Source: Brevibacterium luteolum (lineage in GTDB: Bacteria > Actinomycetota > Actinomycetes > Actinomycetales > Brevibacteriaceae). Taken from it: 64,000 bases of DNA. Under the pieces are notes generated by a model that saw only the letters and a list, made by a program, of their open reading frames with translations, had not been told where the DNA came from and searched no databases. Positions 39,146-49,804 of the stretch are shown one piece after another. How positions within the stretch are numbered: position 1 is the first letter of the stretch; every line of letters starts with the position of its first letter. The position numbers and the translations under genes are program-made. The stretch spans positions 62,001 through 126,000 of the forward strand of contig NZ_JABEMC010000003.1 in the NCBI RefSeq assembly GCF_013004595.1, in the 5' to 3' direction.

Positions 39146-40858
39146 GTGACTCAAGGACCGAACGACACCAGCCTGTCCTCAGGCGTCGCGCCCGCCCTCA
39201 GCGACCTCATCAAACGGGTGCGCGATGCGCGCTTTCCGCTGCACACACCCGGCGCCGAGACCGGCCGCAGCCTGCAGCGCAGCCTCGATGACCAGCTGAC
39301 CGACTACCTGCTGCCGCGGGTCAGCCAAACTGATGCCCCGCTGCTCGTCGTCGTCGGCGGCTCGACAGGTGCTGGCAAGTCCACGCTGGTGAACTCGATC
39401 GTCGAAGCTGACATCTCCGCCACCGGCGTGCTGCGCCCGACGACCCGCTGGCCGGTCCTCATCCACCATCCTGATGACCAGGAGCACTTCGCCTCCGACC
39501 GGATCCTGCCGAGCCTGGAGCGAGTCATCGGCGAATCGACTGACCTGGAGCGTCCGCAGCTGCGGCTCGTCTCCAGCACCAGCGTGCCGCCGGGCCTGGC
39601 CCTGCTCGACTCACCGGACATCGACTCCGTCCGCGAGGAGAACCGCACATTGGCCCGCCAGCTGCTCGCGGCCGCCGACCTGTGGCTGTTCGTCACCACC
39701 GCCTCCCGCTACGCCGACGCTGTGCCGTGGGAGCTGCTCAAGCAGTCCGCCGAACGCGGCACCGCCGTCTCGATCGTGCTCGACCGCGTGCCGCCGAAGG
39801 CCAACCGGGAAGTCCGCCATCACCTCTCTGGGCTGCTCGCCGAGGCGGGGCTGGGCTCAGCGCCGATCTTCACCGTGCCCGAGCTCGTGCTCGTCGATGG
39901 CCGGATCCCTGAGGCCGCAGTGTTCCCCGTGCAGTCGTGGATCATGAACCTCGGTCGCAACTCCCGGGCCCGTGACCGGGTCATCGCCCAGACGCTGACC
40001 GGAGCGCTGGCGGCCGTGCCGGCCCGCGCGCGCACCCTGGCCGACTACGTTGAAGAGCAGGAATCGGCCCACCAGCGCCTGCAGGAGACCGTCACCCGTG
40101 AGTTCGGCAGCGCCCGCGAGGAACTCGCCGAATCACTCGTCGACGGCCGGGTGCTGCGCGGAGAGGTGCTCGCCCGCTGGCAGGATTTCGTGGGCACCGG
40201 ACAGTTCTTCCGCGGACTCGAACCCACCGTCGCCCGGATCCGCGACCGCATCACCTCTGCGGTGACCGGCAAGCGCGACGCCGCCGAACCGCTCAACCAG
40301 GCGATCGAAGACTCTGTGGCGCTTCTCATCCGCGAGCAGGTCGTCACCGCCGTGTCGAACACCGCCCACGCCTGGCAGGCCAATCCCGAAGGCGATGCCC
40401 TTGTGAAGGCGAACCCGCAGATGACGCGGGTGCCAGCCGAGTTCGACGCCGATGTCGGGCGGATGGTCGCCCACTGGTCCGATGACGTCAACGAACTCGT
40501 CCGCGAAGTCGGGCAGAGCAAGCGCGCCAAGGCCCGCATCCTGTCCTTCGGCGTCAACGGCGTCGGCGCAGTGCTCATGCTCGCCGTGTTCGCTGGCACC
40601 GGCGGACTGACCGGAGCCGAGGCCGGTGTCGCCGGCGGCACGGCGCTGGTGGCCGGCAAGCTGCTCGACACGATCTTCGGCGACCAGGCCACCCGCGACC
40701 TGGCGCAGATGGCGCGCACCCGGCTCATCGACAGCGCATCCGAACTGCTCGAGCGCTACCGGGCGCCGTTCGACGCGGCCCTGAATGACAGCGAAGTCCC
40801 GCCCCGCCAGGCAGGCAATCTGCGCGGCGCCGGCGACCGATTGGAGGAAGCACTGTGA
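39146..40858 (+). CDS. Dynamin-like GTPase (DynA-type)
   Basis: GGSTGAGKST (G1), RPTT (G2), DSPD (G3), RYADAVPW, a helical body, and a C-terminal hydrophobic hairpin. The start is uncertain (39110 is an alternative). Confidence 0.82.
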   Translation: MTQGPNDTSLSSGVAPALSDLIKRVRDARFPLHTPGAETGRSLQRSLDDQLTDYLLPRVSQTDAPLLVVVGGSTGAGKSTLVNSIVEADISATGVLRPTTRWPVLIHHPDDQEHFASDRILPSLERVIGESTDLERPQLRLVSSTSVPPGLALLDSPDIDSVREENRTLARQLLAAADLWLFVTTASRYADAVPWELLKQSAERGTAVSIVLDRVPPKANREVRHHLSGLLAEAGLGSAPIFTVPELVLVDGRIPEAAVFPVQSWIMNLGRNSRARDRVIAQTLTGALAAVPARARTLADYVEEQESAHQRLQETVTREFGSAREELAESLVDGRVLRGEVLARWQDFVGTGQFFRGLEPTVARIRDRITSAVTGKRDAAEPLNQAIEDSVALLIREQVVTAVSNTAHAWQANPEGDALVKANPQMTRVPAEFDADVGRMVAHWSDDVNELVREVGQSKRAKARILSFGVNGVGAVLMLAVFAGTGGLTGAEAGVAGGTALVAGKLLDTIFGDQATRDLAQMARTRLIDSASELLERYRAPFDAALNDSEVPPRQAGNLRGAGDRLEEAL

Positions 40859-42441
40859 GCGATGCCACGCGCAGCGAGATCGCGACGCTGACAGAGGGCA
40901 TCAACCGCGCTCTCACCCTGGGACCGCGCAAGATCTCCGACGAGACCCGCGCGGCAGCCACCGAACTGCTGGACAAGGCCGAAGCGCGCCTGAAGCTCGG
41001 CGAGGAATCGACCGTCGTCGCCTTTGCCGGCTCCACCGGATCCGGGAAGTCCTCCCTGTTCAACGCGGTGGCCGGTCTGGAGATCGCCGAGGTGGGCGTG
41101 CGCCGGCCGACGACCTCGAAGCCGACCGCCTGCGTCTGGGGCGCCGGTGGCGAGGAGATCATGTCCTGGCTCAAGGTGCCGGTGACCAACCGCACCTGGC
41201 GCGAAAGCGCCCTCGACGGAGACGACGAGGAGAGCCTGCACGGTCTCGTGCTTCTCGACCTGCCCGACCATGACTCGACCTCAGCTGAGCACCGCGTCGA
41301 ATCCGACCGGCTCGTCAACCTCGTCGATGTCGTCTTCTGGGTCGTCGACCCGCAGAAGTACGCCGACTTCTCCCTGCACTCGCACTATCTGTCAGAACTG
41401 GCAGCCCACGCCTCGTCGATGGTCGTCGTACTCAACCAGGTCGACACGCTCTCAGCAGACGAGCGGGTTGCCTGCAGTGAGCACCTGCAGCAGCTGCTCG
41501 CCCACGACGGGCTCGACAACGCCCGCGTCGCCCTGGCCTCAGCTGTAACCCGCGAAGGCGTGCCGGAGCTGCGCCAGATCCTGACCGAGACCGTGCTCGC
41601 CCAGGCTGCTGCCTCCGAGCGGCTGCTGACTGACCTCAAGGAGATGGCCGGCCGGATCCGCGGTGAGCTCGGCACCCCGGTCGACCATCCTGAGCAGCTG
41701 CAGGGCGCGGACCGGCTCATCGACGCGATGGTCGATGCCGCCGGCGTGCACGCGGTTGCCCAGACTGTCGAAGACGACTACCTGCGCCGGGCCTACAAGA
41801 AGACCGGATATCCGCCGCTGGCGATGGCTCAGCGCGGTCAGGCCGACCCGCTCGGCGCCCGCCACGGTGGTGACCGCGAGGATCTCATCCGCGCTGCCGT
41901 GCCGGAGACGTCGCGCACCCAGAGCGCACGCGTCAACCTCGCCGCTCACGAACTCGTCGTCGACGCCGTGTCCACACTGCCGATGGCCTGGCAGGCCGAT
42001 GTCGCCAAGGCGGAGAAGCAGTCGACTGCCGAACTGACCCACACCCTCGATGAGGCGGTCACGGCCGTGCGCATCGAACGGCGTAAGCCCGGCTGGTGGA
42101 CGTTGGCCGGTGTGCTGCAGAACCTGTTCTTCCTCGCCACTGTCATCGGCGCCCTGTGGCTGGTCATCCAGCTCGTCCTGCTGCTGACCGGTGTCGACGT
42201 CACCTCCGGGTCGACGCTGCTGTGGATCATCCCCGGCGCGCTGCTGCTCATCGGCATCACCGGTTCGGTCATCACGAGCCTCGCTGCGGCCTCAGCTCGG
42301 CGCAAGGGCGCGAAGGAAGCCGCCGATGACGTTGCCGAACGACTGACGCAGGCGGTCCATTCGGCTGCGGCCAGCTCGTATCTGGCACCGATCACCGGCG
42401 TGCTACGCGAGCATCGCGAGGTCTACGACAGCCTGCGCTGA
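40855..42441 (+). CDS. Second dynamin-like GTPase (DynB/YfjP-type) with two C-terminal TM helices
   Basis: GSTGSGKSS, RRPTT, DLPD, DPQKYAD, and NQVD. GTGA overlap with the upstream gene. Confidence 0.82.
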   Translation: MSDATRSEIATLTEGINRALTLGPRKISDETRAAATELLDKAEARLKLGEESTVVAFAGSTGSGKSSLFNAVAGLEIAEVGVRRPTTSKPTACVWGAGGEEIMSWLKVPVTNRTWRESALDGDDEESLHGLVLLDLPDHDSTSAEHRVESDRLVNLVDVVFWVVDPQKYADFSLHSHYLSELAAHASSMVVVLNQVDTLSADERVACSEHLQQLLAHDGLDNARVALASAVTREGVPELRQILTETVLAQAAASERLLTDLKEMAGRIRGELGTPVDHPEQLQGADRLIDAMVDAAGVHAVAQTVEDDYLRRAYKKTGYPPLAMAQRGQADPLGARHGGDREDLIRAAVPETSRTQSARVNLAAHELVVDAVSTLPMAWQADVAKAEKQSTAELTHTLDEAVTAVRIERRKPGWWTLAGVLQNLFFLATVIGALWLVIQLVLLLTGVDVTSGSTLLWIIPGALLLIGITGSVITSLAAASARRKGAKEAADDVAERLTQAVHSAAASSYLAPITGVLREHREVYDSLR

Positions 42442-42571
42442 GCATTGGAGACCGGCGCTTGTGGATGCCAGACGTGCATCCACAGGCGCTGAGTCATATC
42501 TGGGCTCTCACTGGCCAGGTTGGGAAGAGTGACAGGCAGGTCTCAGCAGAGGCAAGAGAAAGGACCTGCTC

Positions 42572-43111
42572 ATGAAACAAGTCAATTACTTCGTCGGCAC
42601 TGCAGGCGGTGACTGTCAGACCGGCACCCTCAGCGATGGACGCGTGTGGGCGTCCTTCAGGCTGGCGGTCAACTTCGGGTTCTACGACAACGAGAAAGGG
42701 GAGTACCGGGAGATCGACACCTCCTGGTTCGATGTCTCCTGCTACGGCGACCTCGCCCTCCACGTGAACTCATCGGTGCACAAGGGCGATGCCGTCATCG
42801 TCGCCGGCCGGCTGCGGATCCGCGAATGGACCGACACGACTGGCACGAAGTCCGGGAAGAACCCGCAGATCATCGCTGAGGCCGTTGGCCACAATCTGCG
42901 CTTCGGCACAGCGAACTGGGCTCGCAACACCCGCAGCGGCGCCAAGAGCACGGCAAGCGGCAGCTCCGGCGGTTACGACAGCCTCGGCAGCCCGCCGCCG
43001 GCATCGTTTGCAGCCTCAGCGTCGAGCGACGATATCGACGAGACCATGGTTGACACCTCAACAGGGGAGATCCACGACGATCACGCCATGGAGCCGGCCG
43101 GGCAGAGCTGA
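42572..43111 (+). CDS. ssb: Single-stranded DNA-binding protein (secondary, SsbB-like)
   Basis: SFRLA, WFDVSCYG.LA..V..S.HKGD.VIV.GRL..REW, and AVGH.LRFG OB-fold pattern. Confidence 0.88.
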   Translation: MKQVNYFVGTAGGDCQTGTLSDGRVWASFRLAVNFGFYDNEKGEYREIDTSWFDVSCYGDLALHVNSSVHKGDAVIVAGRLRIREWTDTTGTKSGKNPQIIAEAVGHNLRFGTANWARNTRSGAKSTASGSSGGYDSLGSPPPASFAASASSDDIDETMVDTSTGEIHDDHAMEPAGQS

Positions 43112-43264
43112 GCACAGGCACGTCATCGGGCAGGTTCGGGGCGTGACTTCGGCGCGCACGGCCTGTCCGGCGACATGCCGGTGAATCTGTGTCGCTTCGG
43201 TGAGACGAGTCTGCTCAGTCCGGTTAGAGTAGGACTGTTGTGTGGCACTGACTGAAGGACGACA

Positions 43265-43882
43265 ATGCTTCGACGGTTTCTCGCTGCCGGAACGCTGGCC
43301 TGTTCTGCAGCACTCATCAGCGGCTGTTCGCTGCTGAACCAGCAGGCAGCCGAACCGAACCCGGTGCAGACCAAAGAGGTTCCGGCTGTTGTGGACGAAG
43401 TCGTCGCCGCACTCAAACCGCTTGAAGGCCGTGACGATGTGCCGAGCACCCAGGAGTTCTTCGACACGATGACCGAAGCCGGGTACAAGCCCGAGCAGCT
43501 CGAAGCGACGATCGACGCATCACCCCTGGGAAATGACGTGCCGGCGAAGATGTTTGGCGTCAAGGTCGACGACGGCTGCGTCGTCGGTGAGATCCGCTCC
43601 GGCAATATCACCGCCCATCTGGCCAAGCCCACCGAATCGACTGGCACGTGCCTGCTCGGATACGTCGAACGGCCCGAGGGCGTCGACGCGCCCACGGGCG
43701 ATGAGCGCGACGAGGATTCCGATGACAACGGCGCCGGGCACATGCCAGGTGAGGACATGAACGGTGAGGACACCGAGGAGCCGAGCGAGACCGGCGGTTC
43801 CGACGAGGGAACCGGCGACGGCGGCGGTGAAGGCAGCGGTGAAGAGGAAGAGAGCACCGAAGCGCCGCAGCTCGGCGGCTGA
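43265..43882 (+). CDS. Putative lipoprotein (DUF6993-like) with acidic tail
   Basis: Signal peptide with lipobox LISGC, plus CVVGE and TCLLG. Confidence 0.65.
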   Translation: MLRRFLAAGTLACSAALISGCSLLNQQAAEPNPVQTKEVPAVVDEVVAALKPLEGRDDVPSTQEFFDTMTEAGYKPEQLEATIDASPLGNDVPAKMFGVKVDDGCVVGEIRSGNITAHLAKPTESTGTCLLGYVERPEGVDAPTGDERDEDSDDNGAGHMPGEDMNGEDTEEPSETGGSDEGTGDGGGEGSGEEEESTEAPQLGG

Positions 43883-43971
43883 CCCGCTCCCCAGATGCGC
43901 TCGCGCACCGGCTGTAGGGCAGGCGCGGAGGAATGGCCTAGCCATGTGGGAACCGATAGTCTGAGACCACT

Positions 43972-45654
<1,683 letters not shown>

Positions 45655-45677
45655 CGCACACGCGCATCGACAGCACG

Positions 45678-45711
45678 AGGCCGGCTGCTTCCGATCGGGA
45701 GCAGCCGGCCT
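45678..45711. terminator. Bidirectional terminator hairpin
   Basis: AGGCCGGCTGCTTCC...GGGAGCAGCCGGCCT between convergent ettA and tesB. Confidence 0.7.
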
Positions 45712-45723
45712 TCGGCATTCATG

Positions 45724-46611
45724 TCACAATTGGGACTTGATGCGGACCATGCCCTCCTGCGCGACCGTCGCCAGCAGCTGACCGGACTGCGAGAAGATCC
45801 GCCCGAGCCCCAGCCCGCGGCCCCCGCGCGCTGACGGGGAGGTCTCGGAGTACAGCATCCACTCGCCGATCCTCACCGGCCGGTGCCACCACATCGCATG
45901 GTCGAGACTGGCCATCCGCAGTCCCGGCGTCATCCACGTCAGGCCCTGGCGACGCAGCACCGGGGCGAGCAGACTGAAATCACTGGCATAGGCCAGCGCG
46001 GCGGCATTGAGCAGCGGGTCATCGGGAAACGCCGCCGAGGCGCGGATCCACATCCGCTCCTGGGCGCGTGCCTGAGGGTCGGGATCGAAGTAGATCGGCG
46101 GCTCGACCGGCCGCACCTCGAAAGGCCGCTTGCGCAGCCAATCGCGCATGAAGGGGATGTCGACATCGGCCATCAGCTCGTTGATCTCCGGGCAGTCCTC
46201 CGGGGCCGGCACATCGGAGGGGAACTCATCTCCGTGCTCCAGACCGTCCTGCTCGACCTGGAACGAGCAGATGAGCGAAAGGATCGGCTCATCGCGCTGA
46301 TAGGCGTGCACCCGGCGGGCAGAGAACGATCCGCCGTCGCGCAGCACCTCGACGCCGAAGGTGATCGGCTCGCTGACATCGCCAGGGCGCAGGAAGTAGC
46401 CGTGCAGCGAGTGGATCTGACGGGCGGGATCAACGGTCTGCCCGGCTGCCATGACACATTGGGCCAGCACCTGACCGCCGAACACCCGGCCATCGGGTTT
46501 GTACTGGCTGCGCCCGAGGTAGAACTCCGACTCCCGTGTGCCGGGGATCGGGTCGGTCGGGGTGACCTGCAGCAGGTCGATGAGCTGGGCTACGTTGTCT
46601 TCGGCACCCAT
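45724..46611 (-). CDS. tesB: Acyl-CoA thioesterase II
   Basis: VFGGQVLAQ, HSLHGYFLRPG, RDGGSFS, YASD, SLDHAMW.H, and QEG. Confidence 0.92.
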   Translation of the reverse strand: MGAEDNVAQLIDLLQVTPTDPIPGTRESEFYLGRSQYKPDGRVFGGQVLAQCVMAAGQTVDPARQIHSLHGYFLRPGDVSEPITFGVEVLRDGGSFSARRVHAYQRDEPILSLICSFQVEQDGLEHGDEFPSDVPAPEDCPEINELMADVDIPFMRDWLRKRPFEVRPVEPPIYFDPDPQARAQERMWIRASAAFPDDPLLNAAALAYASDFSLLAPVLRRQGLTWMTPGLRMASLDHAMWWHRPVRIGEWMLYSETSPSARGGRGLGLGRIFSQSGQLLATVAQEGMVRIKSQL

Positions 46612-46732
46612 CAGTGCCCTCCTCGCTGTGTGATGGCAACTGCTGGCAGTCTACGCGCCTGCACGCCCATCCGCCCTGACCAGCCGCCAGACTGGTGTGC
46701 CTGCCCACCGGCACCGGTGGCAGAATGGAGCC

Positions 46733-47284
46733 ATGCCTGAATCCCTGTCGAACCCGCTGCTGTCCGGTCCCTTCGCCCGCGTGCTCATCGAACTGCGCTG
46801 GGGTGATATGGACGCCTACGGGCACGTCAACAACGTCTCCCAGCTGCGCCTGCTCGAAGAGGCCCGCGTCCGCGCCTTCGGCTCCCCAACCGCCGACCGC
46901 GACGCCGCCGCTCCAGCCGACATCCCCGGCGCCGGGCAGCCGGTGCAGGGCCGTGCCTTCCCGCCGGTGCTCGGCGAGGCGGCAGGGGAGACGAACCTGC
47001 TCGTCTTCTCCCACCGCATCGAATACCGCCGCCCCATCGGTTTCCGCACCGGCCCGATCGCCGTCGACACCGTCATCTCCGGGGTGACCCCGGCGACTAT
47101 GGAGGTCGGCTACGTCATCGCCGAACCCGACGGCAGCGAGGTCTACACGCTGGCTGAGACCGTGATCGCCTTCGTCGATGCCGCAACAGGCCGGGCACGT
47201 CGGCTGAGCGAGGCCGAAACGGCGGCGATCGAACCGTTCGTCACCGACCCGGTGCCGCTGCGTCCGGTGCGGGCCCGCCGCTGA
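46733..47284 (+). CDS. 4HBT/YbgC-family hotdog thioesterase
   Basis: RWGDMDAYGHVNN...LEEAR. Confidence 0.85.
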   Translation: MPESLSNPLLSGPFARVLIELRWGDMDAYGHVNNVSQLRLLEEARVRAFGSPTADRDAAAPADIPGAGQPVQGRAFPPVLGEAAGETNLLVFSHRIEYRRPIGFRTGPIAVDTVISGVTPATMEVGYVIAEPDGSEVYTLAETVIAFVDAATGRARRLSEAETAAIEPFVTDPVPLRPVRARR

Positions 47285-47979
47285 TGCGCAGGATCGGCAT
47301 GCGCACATCCGCACACATCCGCCTCACCACGTCCGAGGCGCTGGCCGACTGGGAGGTCTTCGCCTCCCGCGCCCAGCGCATCGACTCCGAGGGCGCGATG
47401 CGCCTGACGGTCACCGGCGATGTCCTCGTCGTCTCAGCAGCACCCCTGTTCCCGCACGGGTTCGGCGACGCGACGCCGCTGACGGTCGGGATGCGCATGT
47501 TCCGGCTGGTCGGCACCGGTCTCGACGGCCTCGACGTCGTCGTGCCGACAGCGGCGATCTGCGACCGCTTCGCCCGGCTGCGCAGCACCGGTGAGGAGGC
47601 GATGCCGATCCCGCCGCAGGAGATCCAGGTGTCGTGGGCCGGCATCGCCCCGCCGCGCGGGCCGTGGCTGCCGGTGGGCCAGCTGGCCGATGCTGAGCTC
47701 ATCGCCGCCGCCGAAGCAGGTATCGCCGAGGTGGCAGCCGGGACGCCGGAGGTGGCTGGGATCCACGCGGTGACCGGTCTGCGCCGCCGGGTGTGGAGCC
47801 GGCCGCTGCCCGGCGAGTTCGAGGACCGGCTGCCGGCAGCAGTGGCCTTCGCGATGTTCGGGCTGGGATTCGTGCAGCCCGGTGGCGTCACGAGTGTGTT
47901 CGAAGCGCCGGGCTGGCTGCGGCTGAGCTCACCGCGCGGTCATGTGCTCACCCGCAGCCGCGGCGACCGCGCCGCCTGA
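47284..47979 (+). CDS. Conserved actinobacterial hypothetical protein
   Basis: WAGI.PPR..W, AFA...LGF, and W.RL....G.V. TGATG coupling to the thioesterase. Confidence 0.7.
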   Translation: MRRIGMRTSAHIRLTTSEALADWEVFASRAQRIDSEGAMRLTVTGDVLVVSAAPLFPHGFGDATPLTVGMRMFRLVGTGLDGLDVVVPTAAICDRFARLRSTGEEAMPIPPQEIQVSWAGIAPPRGPWLPVGQLADAELIAAAEAGIAEVAAGTPEVAGIHAVTGLRRRVWSRPLPGEFEDRLPAAVAFAMFGLGFVQPGGVTSVFEAPGWLRLSSPRGHVLTRSRGDRAA

Positions 47980-48017
47980 GTCGCAGCTTCCTGCCGGGCG
48001 GTCCCGGCAGTCCAAGC

Positions 48018-48461
48018 TCAGCTGTTGGGGGTCAGTGGCCCCAGGCTGGTGCGCGGAGCCTCCCCGGGCTCATCGAAGCGGTTGACCATCGCGGTCGCGG
48101 CGCGTTCGAAGTAATCCCACACCATCGTGTCGTGCAGCGGCGGCAGCTCCAGGGAGTCGAGTGCCGTGCGCATGTGCCGCAGCCAGTGCTCCCGGGCCTT
48201 CGGGGTGACCGGGTACGGGTTGTGCCGCATCCGCAGCCGCGGATGGCCGCGCTCCTGCGAGTAGGTCGTCGGCCCGCCGAAGTACTGCTCCAGGAACGTC
48301 TGCAGCCGGTGCTTGGCGCCGTCGAGCTCCTGGCCTTCGGGGTACATCGCGATGAGGTACTCATCGGCTGCGACCTCCCGGTAGAAGACGTCGACGAGCT
48401 GGGTGAAGGCCGCATGGCCGCCGATGATCGTGAACATGGTGTCTGGGCGCTGAGTCGTCAC
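48018..48461 (-). CDS. glbO: Group II truncated hemoglobin
   Basis: GG..F..LV..FY, FLEQYFGGP..YS..RGHPRLRMRH, and WL..M. Confidence 0.92.
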   Translation of the reverse strand: MTTQRPDTMFTIIGGHAAFTQLVDVFYREVAADEYLIAMYPEGQELDGAKHRLQTFLEQYFGGPTTYSQERGHPRLRMRHNPYPVTPKAREHWLRHMRTALDSLELPPLHDTMVWDYFERAATAMVNRFDEPGEAPRTSLGPLTPNS

Positions 48462-48470
48462 GCTTCGATC

Positions 48471-49679
48471 CTATGAGTCACTCGGGTCGCGCCGCGAACT
48501 CTGCTGCGTGATCCCGTAGGAGGGATCCTTCGTCGCGGTGCTCTTCTGGTTCGCCCGCGCCGGCAGCGGGTCGTCGGCGATGTCCTCATGCTCCTCATCG
48601 TCGCGCTCTGCCGTGGCGGTGGCGGTGCGGCCGGTGTCAGCGGGGCTGCCGGCAGTCTGCTGGCGGGAGGGCAGCGTGCCGGTCGTGCCGAAGTCCGAGG
48701 CCGAGGCGGTGGTGTCGACCGGCTGGGCGCGCACGATGGTCTGCTGGGCCAGCGGGATGCGGATGCCCTGCTCGTCCATCATTCGCTTGACGGTGCCGCG
48801 GAAGGCACGGGCGACGGCCCACTGTTCGTTGGGTTTGGTCTTGATGAACGCGCGGATCGTCATCGCCTCACCGGTCAGATCCTGCACACCGAGGATCTCG
48901 GGGTCTTCGAGGATCGAGGTGGTCATCGCCGGGTCGGCGCGCAGCTCAGCGACAGCGTCTTCGATGATGCCGTTGAGCACGTTCGGGTCGGAGTCGTACG
49001 GCACGGCGATGTCCATCACCGCGCGCGCCCAGCCCTGGGACTGGTTGCCCACGCGCATGATCTCGCCGTTGCGCACATGCCACAGGGTGCCGTCGATGCC
49101 GCGCACCTTCGTCGTGCGCAGTCCGACCTCCTCGACTGTGCCGACGGCCTCGCCGAGGTCGACGGTGTCTCCGATGCCGTACTGGTCCTCGACGACGAGG
49201 AAGAAGCCCGACAGGTAGTCCTTGACGAGCTCCTGGGCGCCGAAGCCGATCGCCACACCGGCGATACCGGCGGAGGCGAGCAGCGGGCCGAGATTGAAGT
49301 CCAGTTCGGTCAGCACCATCATGATCGCCAGGGTGGCGATGATGATCGTCGCGATCGACGACAGCATCGACCCGACTGTCTGCGCGCGCTGCGCCCGGCG
49401 GGCCTTGGCGATCGCATCGGAGCCGTTGATGCGCGGGGTCTCAGCGGACCTCTGGCGCCGCCGGTTCTCCGCGGTGTTCGAGCCATCGGCGATCTTGCCG
49501 GCGAACTTGCGGATGATCTTGCGGGCGACGAGGTTGAGGATGACCGCGCCGACGATGATGAAGGCGATGCGCAGGGGAGCGCCCAGCAGCCACATCCAGT
49601 CGAAGTTGGCGGTCTTGTCCACGGTCTCGTTCACCGCTTCCTTGATCTGCTCAGCAGGAGGTGTCGTTGAAGTGCTCAT
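48471..49679 (-). CDS. mscS: Small-conductance mechanosensitive channel family protein
   Basis: LASAGIAGVAIGFGAQ, EDQYGIGD, GLRTT, and RNGEI. Confidence 0.9.
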   Translation of the reverse strand: MSTSTTPPAEQIKEAVNETVDKTANFDWMWLLGAPLRIAFIIVGAVILNLVARKIIRKFAGKIADGSNTAENRRRQRSAETPRINGSDAIAKARRAQRAQTVGSMLSSIATIIIATLAIMMVLTELDFNLGPLLASAGIAGVAIGFGAQELVKDYLSGFFLVVEDQYGIGDTVDLGEAVGTVEEVGLRTTKVRGIDGTLWHVRNGEIMRVGNQSQGWARAVMDIAVPYDSDPNVLNGIIEDAVAELRADPAMTTSILEDPEILGVQDLTGEAMTIRAFIKTKPNEQWAVARAFRGTVKRMMDEQGIRIPLAQQTIVRAQPVDTTASASDFGTTGTLPSRQQTAGSPADTGRTATATAERDDEEHEDIADDPLPARANQKSTATKDPSYGITQQSSRRDPSDS

Positions 49680-49804
49680 ACGGGTGCAATCGTAGAGACC
49701 GCATCTGAAAGGGCAGTCAGAACAGACCCGCCTCCGCTGGGCATCGCATGAGGACGCGGTGTGGCATTGGCCACACCGCGTCTCAGGTTCGATCCAGCTG
49801 CCGG

